From Elsinoe ampelina (Eukaryota), in assembly GCA_010093995.1 (NCBI GenBank), contig ML992501.1, positions 2,996,489 through 3,060,488 on the forward strand: DNA of 64,000 bases, in the 5' to 3' direction. Positions within the stretch are counted from its first letter, which is position 1. Each line of letters opens with the position of its first letter. Made by a program: the position numbers and the translations under genes. The notes under the pieces were generated by a model, which saw only the letters and a program-made list of their open reading frames with translations, searched no databases and was not told the DNA's origin. Below are positions 36,113 through 49,689 of the stretch, piece by piece.

Positions 36113-37783
36113 CGGAGTTGAAGGGGATGGCGTGGTGCGGCCGTAGGATAGAACAGCGCTGGAAGCCATAGTTGAGCAGGTCCGCAATGTATTTTATCTA
36201 GACGACCGATTGCAGCTGTGGAATGCGGTTGAAAGTCCGAACGGCATCTGCCGACCTGTTTTTAACGAAGAAGCCGCCGAAGCAGGCCGCGACTTGGCTG
36301 GAAACCCCCAAACTTTCCTTGAATGGAAGTTTTTACCGTTAAAAGGACGTCCTGTCACCAACCTTGTTTGAGCCGGACTTGCCGAAGAGATCGAACAGGA
36401 TATCATCGATGAACGATCGCGTTGAGGTCTAGATTGCTCCAGTGACGTCTTGCAGATGCATTTGAGCGATATGATCGTGATAGATGCATGTTCGAGAACC
36501 GAGAGGTCCGCTGCAGAATGCCCGTTCAGGGAGTGAGGTGAGTGGGCCATGGCTTGGTATAGGAATGACACTAACCCGACCTGGCGGGCAAAGGAGTCCA
36601 CTCCGAGTCATTAAGCATGCGACGATCAGAGAGGGTCGAGCAGCACTATGTCGGGGGTGAGTGAGGTCATCCGCAACTACCAGCGTGACACGACTTGAAC
36701 ACGATACGGACACGACACGGGAACGTTTCGGCTCCTGCAGAATGTTCAGGCTGATGACTGCGTGGCCGAGGAGGATAGTGCGTGGCCTAGACGCGAATTG
36801 CAGCAAAGATCTCAACGGTGAATGGAAGAGAAGAGAATATATTGGACGAAGACGAAATGCCGCCCAGCCAGCCACAAATTGGTCTGGCAACCCTGCTTGC
36901 GTTCAACAAGGGCAAAAGTTGGCTCGGAAGTGGCATGCGCAAATGCCACAAAAATGCATGGCTACGGTCACGCTAGTCAAACACCTTCCCTGGGAAAGAA
37001 GGGACAGATATATTGCTCGATATTCGTGTGCGCTGTTGGGTTGAGGGTGAGAACAGGACTTGTATTGCGCCCCGTTTGGACCAGCTTGAAATCTAACGGT
37101 CAATGGAAGGTGGTCGAGTGTCAATTGAGGCTCTCATGGAAGACACCGACGACATACCGTTGAACATGTCACCCCCACTAGTACTCTCGACTTTTTTTCC
37201 TGAACCATATTACTTATCACCCCCGAGTGCCTCCCCCCTGCATCCCGCCTTTTGTCGTCCTTTATTACGGAATGTGCTTGTCGCTAATCTCCAACCGAGC
37301 TTGAACCTTGACTGCCTCCCGTCACTGCCATCTCTCTGGATCCACCAAGCAGAAAGATCTCCAGGCGACGATCTGCGTCCCCAAAACGCCCGTGCATTTC
37401 TGACATCACAGCGAAGCACCTCACCACCTCGAATCTGACCTTTTCCCGCCCATCGACGCATCTTCCTGTTCCTGCCCACACCGACGCTGCAAGTCATCAC
37501 CTGCGAGCCACGTTTTTCCGCCCTGCTGCTGCTGCACCTCATCCTCAAGCTTCAACCTCCTCAGCTCCCCGTTCCCAATCGCTTCTGCCCTCCCCCCCCT
37601 GCCACGCATCCGCCGTTATTCTAGGGGGGTGTTCGCTCTTCCTCAGCGATCACGGACGTCTCGACGAGATCCCCAGGATAGGCCACCTACCCTCGGGCCC
37701 TCTCTCCCCAGTTGATCGCATCAGACTCTTTTGATCTTCACCGAGCAGACGTTCTCTGCGGTGAAAGGAGAGGACGATCTGTC

Positions 37784-38395
37784 ATGCCCAGTGCCACAAA
37801 CGACGCAAGGGTGAGTAGAACAAGCATAGCTACCCAAACTCAATTGGCACCCGGCCTTTCACAAATCGCGCGAAAAACTGACAATGACTTTCCCCTACAG
37901 AGCGAAGACGGATCAATCGCAATGGATCAACTCGGCGAGCACATCGACTCGGCGACCTTTGAGCAAATCCTCGAAATGGACGACGACGAAGAGGAGAGAG
38001 AATTCTCAAAGAGCATCGTCTATGACTTTTTCCAACAAGCCGAGAGCACTTTCCAAAAGATGGACATGAACCTGTACCGCCCCCCCCCCTCCCTTTTTCC
38101 CATCCCCTCCCTCCCCTCCCCTTGACTAACCCCCCTCGGCAGCGAAAAGAAAGACCTCGACCAACTCTCCGCCCTGGGCCACTTCCTCAAAGGCTCCAGC
38201 GCCACCCTCGGCCTGACCAAAGTCAAGGATTCGTGCGAGAAGATCCAGCATTTCGGCGCAAAAAAGGACGAGTCCGGCGCCAACGAGATCGCCGACGATG
38301 TCGCGCTCGATAAGCTGCGGCATACGATCGCGCAGGCCAAAGATGAGTTTCGTGATGCCGAGAGGGCGTTGAGGAGGTTTTATCATGATGAGTAG
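37784..38395 (+). CDS. YPD1: Histidine phosphotransfer protein; introns 37811-37900 and 38074-38142
   Basis: TFEQILEMDDDE..EFS, LGHFLKGSSATLGL and CEKIQ. Confidence 0.95.
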
Positions 38396-39191
38396 ATGCG
38401 GACAAACACATACAGGAGGAGGCGGGGATGGGGTGGTGGAGGTGGGAGGGGGGAGGAGGGGAGGGCGAGGGGACAAGGGAGGGTAGAGCAAGGGGCCCGG
38501 AGGGATGAGGAGGGAAGGGGGAGGTCTATCAGGACCAATGCATGAAGGATTGGAAAGGGGTTTCGTTTCACGACATCATCATCATCATCAAAGAGATATA
38601 CCAAGCGTCATTGCGTCTATTCGACAGACGGCGGAAGACGCATAGCCAAGCTTCCTGGGGGAATAACGTAAAGCACCTTACTGAGAGGTGAAGCAGAGCT
38701 GTTAGGTTCTGTGGAGGTGCTGCGAGGTCGATCTGGCAAGAGAGGAGAGGGCAACTTGACCCTTTTGTCCTAGATTCTCGGGACTCCTTCTGGACGATGC
38801 TCCAAAGGCCGGGAGAGGGACATATAGACGAAATGCAGCATCTTCCCTAATCGCTTCCCCTGAAATCTGTACTGCTGTGCTGACTGAATGACTGTTGGAG
38901 TGACACCGGGGAAACGAGGGAAGAGAACCAAAATCAGCCTCGAAGAAAAAGGTTTCAGATGCACTATATGCTGCCTACAAGCTATGCAACACGCCTTTGA
39001 CTCCCCCGCACCTCCTGATGGTCCCCCCCTTACCGCCAGCCTCCAGTGCATCCAAGAACGCCAAACAGACTCCCTAGCCTTTGATCCTAGCAAGACTCAT
39101 CCCACGCTCTCACCTGCTCAACCTCACGTCCGTCCTTCCCCCCGTCTCTATCTGGCCCTACTCTCCCTCTGCTGACACCAAACAGGAAAAC

Positions 39192-40340
39192 CTAGTGCCT
39201 CCCCTCCCTATCCACCATCTCCCGCCACCTCCCCAGAAGCCGTTCCATCTCCTTCTCACACAAATTCTCCGTCTTGGCGGGCGGCAACTTCTTCTTCTTC
39301 CTCTCCGCCTCGCTCATCTGCTGGGGGACGGACCGCTTCTCGCACCCTTCGAAGTTGGCGATAAAGTCCCCTTCGCTGTACTGGCCTTCTTTGCTGGCGG
39401 GAGAGGAGGCGGAGGTCGAGGACGGGGCCATGTAGCTGTTCATTGTCCTTTGGGGGATCAAGGCGAGTTTGGAGAGGATGGTGCCGTGCCATCTGCGGTT
39501 TGTTAGAGGAGCGAGGGGACGGGGAGGGGAGGGAAGGTGGGGGACGTACTGTACGATGTGTTCCAGCGCGTGACGTTCGGCCTTTTGGAAGTTGTAGCTT
39601 CTGTACAGTGGATCGAACCATGCGTCGAGGAGATACTTTGCCCACTCGCCGGAACGGATGATCATGCTGTCCCTGCTCAATCCCTTCTCATCTTGCGTGA
39701 GGACAAAGTCGATATTACCTCCTTTGAGGTGGGAGAAGGTCTTGATCACGCTGTCTGGTGGGACAACGCTGCGATCGGTGAGCATAATGCTCTCGAGGCG
39801 GGAAGGAGCGAGGATATGGCTCTCTAGCGAGAGCGAAGGGGTCATGATCAGAGCTGAAGGGGCCAGGTAGAAGAAGTAAGGTGTGTGCGGGAAGGTAGTC
39901 ATGGCGTGCCGGAGGGAGGGGAGGATGGACCAGGATTTGGGGGTCGAGGGGGGGCCGAGAGCGTATGAGGTTGTGTTGGTGAAAAAGGTCGCGTAGCCTG
40001 GGGAGGGTCAGTGAATGACATGCAACGTGAGCATACAGTACTGACCGTGTCGACTTGCATAGTCTCTTCGATTGTCCATTATACTTTCTCTCCACGCCAC
40101 GCTGCTATCCGCATCGAACATGGTCACGACGACTGCTTTTGGTGTCCCAGCTGGCACGTAGACGCCGCCTCCTCCTGATAGTAACCGCCAAAGCAGATAC
40201 AGCATTCCCATTCCTCCTATTACTGCGACAGTCACTGGCCGCCATCCATTTCCCCGCCGTAGTTGTGCGAATGTGCTGTGGGATTGTTTCACTGGGTATG
40301 GCGGAGGAGAAGCCTTACGGCCTGGATATGCGAAATGCAT
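39192..40340 (-). CDS. MNN11: GT34 (Gma12/Mnn10 family) alpha-1,6-mannosyltransferase subunit, Mnn11-like; introns ~40045-39998 and 39549-39493
   Basis: MHFAYP.RK.S.PPPY N-terminus, TM, NR.DYA..HGY, RHAMT.FP, W.DPLYRSYNFQKAE.HALEHIVQWH, GDF.A.F.GC. Confidence 0.85.
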
Positions 40341-40822
40341 AGCTGATCAGATGGAATGATGTATCTGATCTCGTTGAAGGACAATCGCAGCAAGTGTGGT
40401 CACCCAGCTGGATAGGGGAGGGGAGGGCGCTCCGCGCAAGGAGGTCGGTCCTCAATTGGTTGACATGTCAGTCGCAGAGTTTCGTCAAGGTAGGTAGGGT
40501 TGGGCAGGTATGACTAAGGGTCGCGTTGAGGACCGTATGGGATAGTCGACAAAGTTGTATATTGTCTCGTGTCACTTTTGGTTGTCAAGATTGTTCCTGG
40601 ATGCTCCTCCTTCCTCGTAAACGGTCGCGCGGTGGATCTGGCCAATCGGCGGTCTTGCCGGCCGTGATCCGTGATCGACCACAGGGCTAGGCGGACCAAG
40701 GGACCCCTTCGGGCAAGCAGCCCTGTCTTCGTTGTCCTTTATTAAAAGGCAGGGGTTCATGTAGCACATTTTCAGATGATTACATCATATTCTAGCAATA
40801 TTTCTACCCGGAACCACCGCAA

Positions 40823-42118
40823 TCAAGTCGATGGATCAGCATAAGCCGTGTGCATCACCAAGTTGCCATCACTCTTCAGCTCCACCTCCGTACCCTTGCC
40901 AACGAACCACACAGTCCCCTCTCCAAGCTTGAAGTCTTCTCCATTTGCACTCAATGTCCCACTACCGCTGGTACAGATCGATACTGTAGGTCCCTCAATA
41001 GGATTAATGACTTCATGTTCGCCTTTCCCGAGCTCGGTCACAAGAATGTTAAACTCGTTCATGGGTGGTCGAAAGACCCTGGTCTTGCCATTCTTCGCGC
41101 CACGGAATGTCGTCGAGCGGACAATACACTCGGCCTTGCCGATTGGCGAGAATGTGAGGCACTTGCAGAACAAGTCAATCGAGTTGCGCTCCGCTCTCGG
41201 GCAGAAGCCGGTGTTGAGAACGTTGTTCGAGCGTGCCATGCACTCAATGATATTTCCACTCAACCACGCATGGATACCATCTGCTGGTACCTGAATGCAC
41301 TCGCCGGGCTTGAGTTGCAGGAAGTTCATGGTTATAAGCGTGACCAGTATGCCGTTGTCGGCGATGTCATACTGCTTGGCCAGTCGTGGGATTAGAGGAT
41401 GAATGTGATCCTGATCGCCGAATTCGGATGCTGGTAGCTTTTGGAGTGCTTCAACAGTAGATCGGACAACGTCTTCTTCTGCTGTGAGCATTTGTCGGAC
41501 AACTTCGCGAAGATCCTCTTGGTCAAAGTTGCCGGACTTGGGCAGGAATCGCTCCAATGGCTTCAATTTCAGCAGCCGATGAATTATCTCGAGAGGCTTG
41601 AATCCAGCAAATGCTTCAAAGTCTGTCAGGGCGAGGGCAATCTCAGGCTTGTGATTCGGATCGGTAAAGTTGGATGGGTCCTTCTTGTGGAGTTCGGCAG
41701 CCATCTCCTTGTTGGGATGAAGCTGGAGTGGCAAAGCCTTCGCGATGGACAGAACCTTTGGCAAGAATGGCAGATTGGAGTGGCCAAACTTCTTTAGTAC
41801 AGCCTCTCCGATCAACTGGTCTTTGTTACGGTCGATGACATCTTGAAGATTCTGACCGGTGCTGAGGACGTATGCTGGTAGTTCCGGGTAAGTACCCATC
41901 CACCTGAGGTAATCAGTATTGGGCGGGAGCAGGTGATGAACGCCTCACATCTCAGCATAGGCTTCGTTCTCATCGATTTTGAATTTCGTAGGAGGTCCCT
42001 TGCCATCCCAGCCTGGAGTCTTCTCACAAAGGTGCGCTGCTAGACCTTCCGAGCCCTTCATGCCCCAGGGGTACCTGTTGCAGCTGCATTGAAGTTGGAA
42101 TACTGAAGGAAGAGCCAT
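40823..42118 (-). CDS. Class I mannose-6-phosphate isomerase-like cupin (divergent paralogue); intron ~41948-41904
   Basis: YPWG, YAEMWMGTYP, LPFLPKVLSI.KALPLQLHP, D.NHKPE, HAWLSG.IIECMA. Confidence 0.88.
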
Positions 42119-42766
42119 GATGTACGGGTTAGTGCGATTGTGACTGTGACGATGAATGGAAAGAGTATGAAAGGGAGTCCAAGATTCGGTATGAACCTTT
42201 CTTGACCTCTTTTGTTAGACTGATGATGAGTGTTTTCTAAGCAGCCGACGTGACGGGCCATGAACGTCATCAGCAACGAACCTTCTCGGTCTTACCGGGG
42301 GTGCCCAGCATGTCACCATTTGCGATATCATGGCTTAGTACGGAGGCATTTCTGTGAGGTAGCATTGATGCTCGAGTGGGGTCCGCATGGCGTATGCATC
42401 AAGATCGGGGTGTGGCGTCCATGTCTATGTTGCTGCTGGTGGTGGCTAGCCTCGCAGTGCTTGGAGCGCATCTGTACACACGCAGCTGGCGGGGAGGGCA
42501 TAGAAGGTGGCACTCATTCAGTAGTCGCAGTCGAAAAGAAGTCTCGACGTCTAAATAAGTCATAGAAGCAAAACAACAGGTGTCAGCGAGCAGTACAGCC
42601 TCAGGTCTCTGCGGACACTACTCAAGACCCCAGCTTACGTAAACTTTGGCCTCGACTTCACCTGAAGCGACGACACTTGCACATATTTGTACTCGTTGAC
42701 TGAGCTTAGAGAGGGTAAAGGCACCTTCATGCGACTACATCAACGAGACCAATGGCGCCATAAAGC

Positions 42767-45700
42767 ATGTTGACCGCCTTCAAAGCTCAAGCCATAGTTG
42801 AGCTCAAGCAGCGCGACAAGTCCAAGATCGAATGCGTGCTCGCATATGGTCGGTCTCTAGTCATACCTCTTGGCGGACACGCTGACATGAAGAAGGCGAT
42901 AGGGTCCTCGTAGGCCTCAATACAGGCAGCTTACGGATATATCGAGTCAATGAGCCTTCCACCCCAGCTCCGAATGGTACGGCAGAAGATGGCGCAGTCG
43001 AGCCAGCCCAAGCCAAACCCGCCTTGCGACCTACAGACCTACTTCATGAGGAAGAAAAGTTCTCAAAGCGTACAATACAGCAATTGGCAATCATAAAAGA
43101 AGCGAATGTTCTGGTGGCTTTGACGGACAACTATGTTTCAGTCTATGATTTGCAGACATACGCTTTGCAGGAGAAGCTGGAGAAGACAAGAGGCGCGTCT
43201 GCTTTTGCTGTGACATCGAACGTCGAGAAAGATGCTGAGATGGACATTCCGAGTCTGGCGTCGAGGCTGGCGGTCTCAGTAAAGAGGAAGGTCCTGTTGT
43301 GGAGCTGGCATGATATGGAGCTGGATCAGGATGTGCAGGAATTGGCCCTACCGGCTACTGTCAAGAGCTTGACTTGGGTTACTGGGAAGAAGCTACTTGT
43401 CGGCATGGATCCAGGCTACACTTTGATCAACATCGAAACACAGGAGATGACCGAAATCAACAAGCCAGTTCAAGCTGCTGAAGCAGCAGGTCAGACAGCA
43501 AGGTTCGGGGCAGTCAGTAGTTCTGGTATGGGATACATGGGAATGAGTGGATGGGTACCCAAACCAATGGCAGCGCGGCTAGCAAATGGATCGATGCTAC
43601 TGGCCAAGGACGTCAACACCCTATTCATCGATGAAGATGGGAAGCCGATTGAGAAGCGTCAGATACCCTGGCATCAGGCGCCGGACGCCATCGGATACTC
43701 ATACCCTTTTCTGTTATCCTTACAGCCTGCAGTCAAAGGCGCTTTAGATATTCGAAGTCCCGAAACCCTCACACTCCTGCAGACCATTTCTCTGCCTAAT
43801 GCTTCCACGCTACATGTGCCACAACCAAACATCAGTCTAGCTCATGCTGGGAAGGGATTTCTGGTGTCCAGCGACCGCACCATCTGGAGAATGCAAGCGA
43901 CCAGCTACGAATCACAGACCGAGGAATTGGTAAAGCAGGCAAAATTCGATGAGGCTATCAGTCTTTTGGGTATGCTTGAAGACACTCTATTAAAGGACAA
44001 GGCAGGTCAGATTCGAGAGATTCAAATCCAGAAGGCTCAGACTCTTTTTGCCAATAAGAAGTGGGTGAATGCATTGGATCTCTTTACGGACGCTGCAGCA
44101 CCGCCAGCCCGTGTCATCTCACTGTATCCACACTCGATTGCAGGAGAGATATCATCCGTCGACAATGTTGCTGCCGCCGAGTCGACAGAAGCTGACAAGA
44201 CGCCTGAACCAGAGGACAGCGACACTAAGGATGCCCCCAAGGAGCCGACCACACCGAAAAAGTCAAAGGTAGACAAGATCAAGTCCTTTCCCAAGGACTC
44301 CGACACAGCATCCATCAGGTCAGTAGCAAATCCAGGAGATACGGCCAGCTTAAAGACACCGTCGAGGACAAATTCAGCATTAGAAGGACCTGATCTAAAG
44401 CAGTCAGTGCACGCATTGTGCTCATTCCTGGCACAGGCTCGAGTAAGGATCCAGAGATATCTCAACTATGACGGCACGCTGAAGGAAGCTGCATCTTCTC
44501 AGCTCGCGGATCCCGAGGCCGAAGTGCCATTCAAGAATCTCATTGTGCTCCCGGAAGGTTCAGATTCTGAGGTCGACTGGGAGAAGGAACTCTACTACGT
44601 TGCCAGGCTTGTCGATACGACACTCTTTCGCGCGTACATGTTCGCTTTGCCGTCTCTAGCTGGCCCGCTGTTCCGCTTGGACAACTTTTGCGATGCAGAT
44701 GTCGTGGAGGAGAAGCTATACGAGAGTGGTCGCTACAACGATCTCATCGACTTCCTGCAAGGCAAGAAGCTTCACAGAGAAGCTCTAGAGCTGCTTGAGA
44801 AGTTCGGCCGGAATGAAGCAGAAGAGGAGGTCATGCCCGCTCTGAGAGGACCGGCACGCACTGTTGGTTATTTACAGCAATTACCACCGGACCTGGTCGA
44901 TATCATCCTGGAATTCTCAAAGTGGCCACTGAAGGCGAATCCGGAGATGGGCATGGAGATCTTCCTCGCCGACACTGACAATGCAGAGCATCTCCCTCGA
45001 GATCGAATTCTAGCTCATCTAGAATCCATTGATCCCGATCTCTCTCTCCGCTACCTCGAACATATCATCACCGAGCTCGACGATGACACGCCAGACTTCC
45101 ATCAAATGCTAGCAGACAGCTACATCAACAAACTAAAATCCCCTTCCCTCTCACCTACCGACACCAGCACCTACCAAGCCAAACTCGAATCCCACCTCCG
45201 CACCTCCGTTCACTACAACAAAGCCAAAATCTTCCGCCAACTCCCCACCGACTCGCCCACCTTCTACGAATCCCGCGCCATCGTCCTCCGCGCAATTGGC
45301 AACCACAAACAAGCCCTCTCCATCTACGTCTACCAACTAAAAGACTACCTCAAAGCCGAAACCTACTGCAACGAAATCTACCTCGAATCCACCACGTCAT
45401 CCCGCTCCCGCGCCCTCTCCACCCCGCGAAAACCCTCCTTCACCCCGCCCCCCATCTCCACCACCTCCTCCCCCGACGCAGAAAACGTCTACACCCTCCT
45501 CCTCAGCCTCTACCTCCGTCCCCCCCCAGGCGAACCCCGCAACTGGGGCCCCGCCCTCTCCCTCCTCTCGCACCACGGCGCCCGTCTCCCCGCTTCCTCC
45601 ACCCTGGACCTCGTCCCCGACGACCTCGCCGTCAGGGATCTCCAGGCTTATTTCCGCGGGCGCATGCGCCAGGAGATCACGGCGCGGAACGAGATGCGGG

Positions 45701-45972
45701 TCGTGCGGGGGCTGGAGGAAGTGAGGAGGGTGAGGACGGAAGGGGAGCTGGTTTTCGGGAAGGAGGGCAAAGGGGGCAGAAATAGGAGGGTGAGGGTCGG
45801 GGAGGAGCAGCATTGTAGGGTTTGCGCGAAGAGGTTGGGGGGGAGTGCGATTCGGGTTTGGCCGGATGGGGAGGTGGTGCATTACGGATGCGGTGGGGGG
45901 AGGCAGAGGGGGGGAGTGGGAGGGGGAGGAGGAGGGGGGTTCGAGGGGATGAAGAAGGGGAGCTGGAATTGA
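42767..45972 (+). CDS. VPS39: HOPS subunit Vps39/Vam6 (CNH domain, clathrin-like repeat, C-terminal Zn finger); intron ~42849-42895
   Basis: ML.AF.A..I.EL..RDKSKIE...AYGDR, DTTLFRAYM, L.RL.NFC, KKLHREAL.LL, C..C.KRLG.S....VHYGC. Confidence 0.93.
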
Positions 45973-46083
45973 GCGGGAGAGACTGGGACGGTCGGGGGAA
46001 GTGAGGGGAGGGGGAGGGCAGAAGACACCCTTGTTCGATTGAATATACATGCTTTTTCATTCGTTCGTGAGGGGTGATATATG

Positions 46084-47590
46084 CTACCGCGCCCTCATCT
46101 CCTGCTGTCCATCTGTCCCTTCTACTTTCTCATCGCTCCTGAACACCGCCTCCATCGCCTGCTCCACCACCGCCATCCCCTTGTTGATCTCCTCCTCGGT
46201 GATCACCAATGGCGGCACGAATCGCAACGTATTCGTCCCGCACGTAATGATCAGCAACCCCCTCTCCCTCGCCGCCGTCACCACAGGCGTCGGATCACCG
46301 CTCAACTGCAGCCCGAGAATCAGTCCTCGTCCTCGCACCTCCTGCACCACATCGGGGAAGCGCTGCTGTAATCGCTCGAACCAGCTTCGGAAGACTTTCT
46401 CCTTGGCTATCACGCTTTGCTGGAGTTCACTGTCTGCTAATCGCTCCACGATGTAGTGCGCTAGTCTACAACCCAGCGGATTCCCACCGAACGTCGTTCC
46501 GTGATCGCCCGTCACGATCATGTCGCTCACTGCATCCGTGACTATCGTCGCGCCAATGGGGTAGCCATTGCCCAAAGCCTTCGCCGTGGTAAGGACATCC
46601 GGGTGCGCTTCTGCGGGTGCGTGGGCGTGGGCCCAGAATTTGCCCGTCCGGGACAGGCCGCATTGGATCTCGTCGTAGATGAGCACGGCGCCGACTTCGG
46701 TGCAGCGTTTGCGGAGTGCGAGAAGGAATTCAGGAGTAGCCACGTTGACGCCGCCTTCGCCTTGGATGGGCTCCACGATGACGCCGCATGTTTTGTCGGT
46801 GACGAGGGATGGGATAGAGGCGACGTCGTTGTAGATACCGTATTTGAAGCCAGGGATCATGGGGCCAAAGGGCTTTTGGTATTTGGGGTTGGGGGTGGCG
46901 GAGAGAGAGCCCATGGTGCGGCCGTGGAAGGATTGTTGGAAGGAGACGAGCTCGTGTTTGGCTCCTGTCGGGTCAAGGGTGTGGCCGACTTTGCGGGCGA
47001 ATTTGAGGGCGGCTTCATTGGCTTCGGAGCCAGAGTTGCAGATGAAGACTTTGGACGCATCTGACATCGCTCCGGACTCGCGTGTCTTCTCAATAAGTAG
47101 ACGGGACAGGGATCCAGTCCAAGGGTTGTGGTAGAGGTTGGAGGCATGTATGAGTGTTTGTGCTTGCTGTGCCATGAGTCGTGCCATTTCAGGATCACAG
47201 TGGCCGAGCGAGTTGACGGCGATGCCAGATGTGAAATCCAAGTACTCCCTATTCTCCACATCGTATAGGTAACATCCTTCTCCTTGCTGAAACATGGGCG
47301 GAGGGCGAACATATGTGGGCACCATATAGGGCATATTCGAGTTGACCATTCGAGCGGTCTGTGAGTCTGATAGAGGATCCGGGTTCGGTAACGACACTTC
47401 TTTCTACGCAGGATCAGTACCGTCCTCCACCGTAGCCACTCTCATGAATTACCTCAATTGCTTGTTGAACATCTGGCGGTAGATTCGAGGCCGCTACCGC
47501 AGAGGCGTATCGGCGATTCTGTTGACGGCAGACATTGCTAGCTCGCAGAGCAACGAGTCGACGACTCAAAGGTCGCATCGCAGAAGCCAT
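46084..47590 (-). CDS. ARG8: Mitochondrial acetylornithine aminotransferase; intron near 47405-47452
   Basis: YLDFTSGIAVNSLGH, NSGSEANEAALK, FHGRT, EPIQGEGG, DEIQCG, AKALGNG, HGTTFGGNPL. Confidence 0.95.
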
Positions 47591-47681
47591 TGTTGTGGTA
47601 GGTGGAACGTTGTAAGAAGACGAGAAATCTGAGAAGAAACACTCCACGAGAATGTCGCAGGACCCTTGAGATCATCAACAG

Positions 47682-47687
47682 TGACTC
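47682..47687. promoter_or_regulatory. Gcn4/CpcA-like site upstream of ARG8
   Basis: TGACTC core about 92 nt upstream of the ARG8 ATG. Arginine genes are classic cross-pathway targets, but a single 6-mer is weak evidence. Confidence 0.3.
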
Positions 47688-47841
47688 CATCCCACCTTTT
47701 CCTTATCGATAAGATAAATTTTCTATCCCCGAACCATCCCCGGCCGAAGTCGCTGAACAAGCATGATCTCATCTCACTCATGGAGGTATCTGGCTGTCAC
47801 AGGTCACATGCGCAATGTAAACAGTCGTTGGGATCATTGAA

Positions 47842-49689
47842 TTATAATTCTTCATGATCCTCGAATGGAAAGTGATGCAGAGCTGATATCCTCTCAGCCT
47901 CTGTCTCGGCTTCTTCTAGCAAGCTTTCCTTGATGGAGCGAGCAAGCTCTCTCGACTTTTCGTAATGCTCGTCGTCGTCCACCCAACCCTGTTGGTCAAT
48001 GTCCAGAGCTTCCTGCATCTCCAGGTATTCTGCCGTAGATTCCTCTTCCTTTTCGACAAGGTCTTCACAGGCTGCAATCTCCTGATCTGAATACTTCAAC
48101 GGACAAGTAGGAAATGTCTGGACTTCGTACACGCCTTGCTGTTGGGCAGTACCGCTCTTAATCACCAGTGGCCAAGCCTTCACTGTATCTATCAGATCCT
48201 TTTTGAGCGTCAAGTTGTTCCCTTCCCATGGCCAAGCAGCGTGTGTGTATAGTCGTGCACGAAGAGTGGCCGCCGGCTGCCGAAAAGCTTCAAAGTGTTC
48301 CGGTACCTGAACCATGGTCTTCGCTGCGTACAGAAAGTGGACTAGCCGCCTGCGTAGCTTCTCGGTCACTTCCGACTTCTCATGTGAGGACATCTCATCG
48401 TAATTGTCAGGTAGCTTTGTCGCCGGCTTCTCCAGCCGTCCAGAAGCAGGATCTCCCCAATTCTGCATGTGCTTCGGTATACCAGCAGCGAGACAGAGTG
48501 GTAGTACCGCTGAGTGCTGCCAGTCAATGACTCCGACAACGTCAAAGTCATCGGACACAATGATATTGCTTGGTGACAAGTCCGGATGACGCAGGACTGG
48601 ACGGCTAAAAGCATGGTCTGCAGGAAGGTCCAGTGATGGTGCTAACCGAAGATACTCTTCAAGGACTTGAATGTAAGCGTCTGGCTTCATGTCGTCAAAG
48701 TCGTAGATGTGGCGGAGATGCCTCTCGACGTGCTGCCTAGGGCTTCCATACTTGTTACACCAGGCAATCTCCCTGAGAGCAGGGGCTTTGAAGCAATCTG
48801 CGAATGTGGACCCTCCAGTCATCAGTATGCACATATTCCTCGTCGGTCTTGTGTACTCACATGGACCAAGATGAGCTTTGAGATTCCCTCGTAGCCGATA
48901 ATGCCAACCATATCCAGCAATCGGCCCCACAACGAGCTGGTCAGAAGTAGAATTTTCACCAGCACTATTGCTGACTGGAATCCTGCGATCTCCCTCCGAT
49001 AGGTCCCGTGCGTAGTACAAACTCCCGCTTGCCGGCAGTCTTGTTCGCAATAGCCTTTCTTCCAAGTCTACAATCTGACGGTTGATCTTCTTTCGGGCTT
49101 TGTTGTCAATGATGTACCATACCCCTCCAAGGTGTGTGCCTTCTATCTTCTCCTCTAGGATGTATTCTGAACCTACCGGATTCTTGTCCGTTGCGCAATA
49201 GCCAAAAACACGAGGTACGGGAAAGCTCAAAGACCGTAGAAAGCCCAATGTTGCCACCTCACTAGCTGTGGAGTAGTGTTTTGGGACAGTGAGGGAATAA
49301 GGTAGCCTTGCCAGAACCTTCAAACCATCTGCAAACCGTGCCTCGAATACTCTGTTGAAGCCTCCTTCTGCCAGCTTACTCAAAGACTTCAGCTCGGAGA
49401 GTGGTCGGTCGACACTGGTAGTGATAGCAATCTTGAGTGCTTCCACGTCGAATTCGATGCGTCGTTCCTTCAGACGAATGTGCTCATTGAAACTGCACGC
49501 TGTCAAATGATCTCTAGCGTTGAGAAGTGGCGAGACCTACATCCATCTGCCAGACGTGTATCCAAAGAGATTCTCAGGGCCGTCTGAGAACAAACGCCGT
49601 CTCGTGTCGGGAGGCAGCCAGCTTCTGGCAAGGATGCCACAGCTTAGCAGACGCTGGTGTGAAGAACAGAGTGCCGCGCGTACTCTCAT
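47842..49689 (-). CDS. APH/choline-kinase-like phosphotransferase, Aim9-like; introns ~49539-49494 and 48860-48813
   Basis: LFGYTSGRW..NE, KLAEGGFNRVF, SEVAT, H.DL...NI, IDWQ; basic N-terminus resembling a presequence. Confidence 0.8.
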
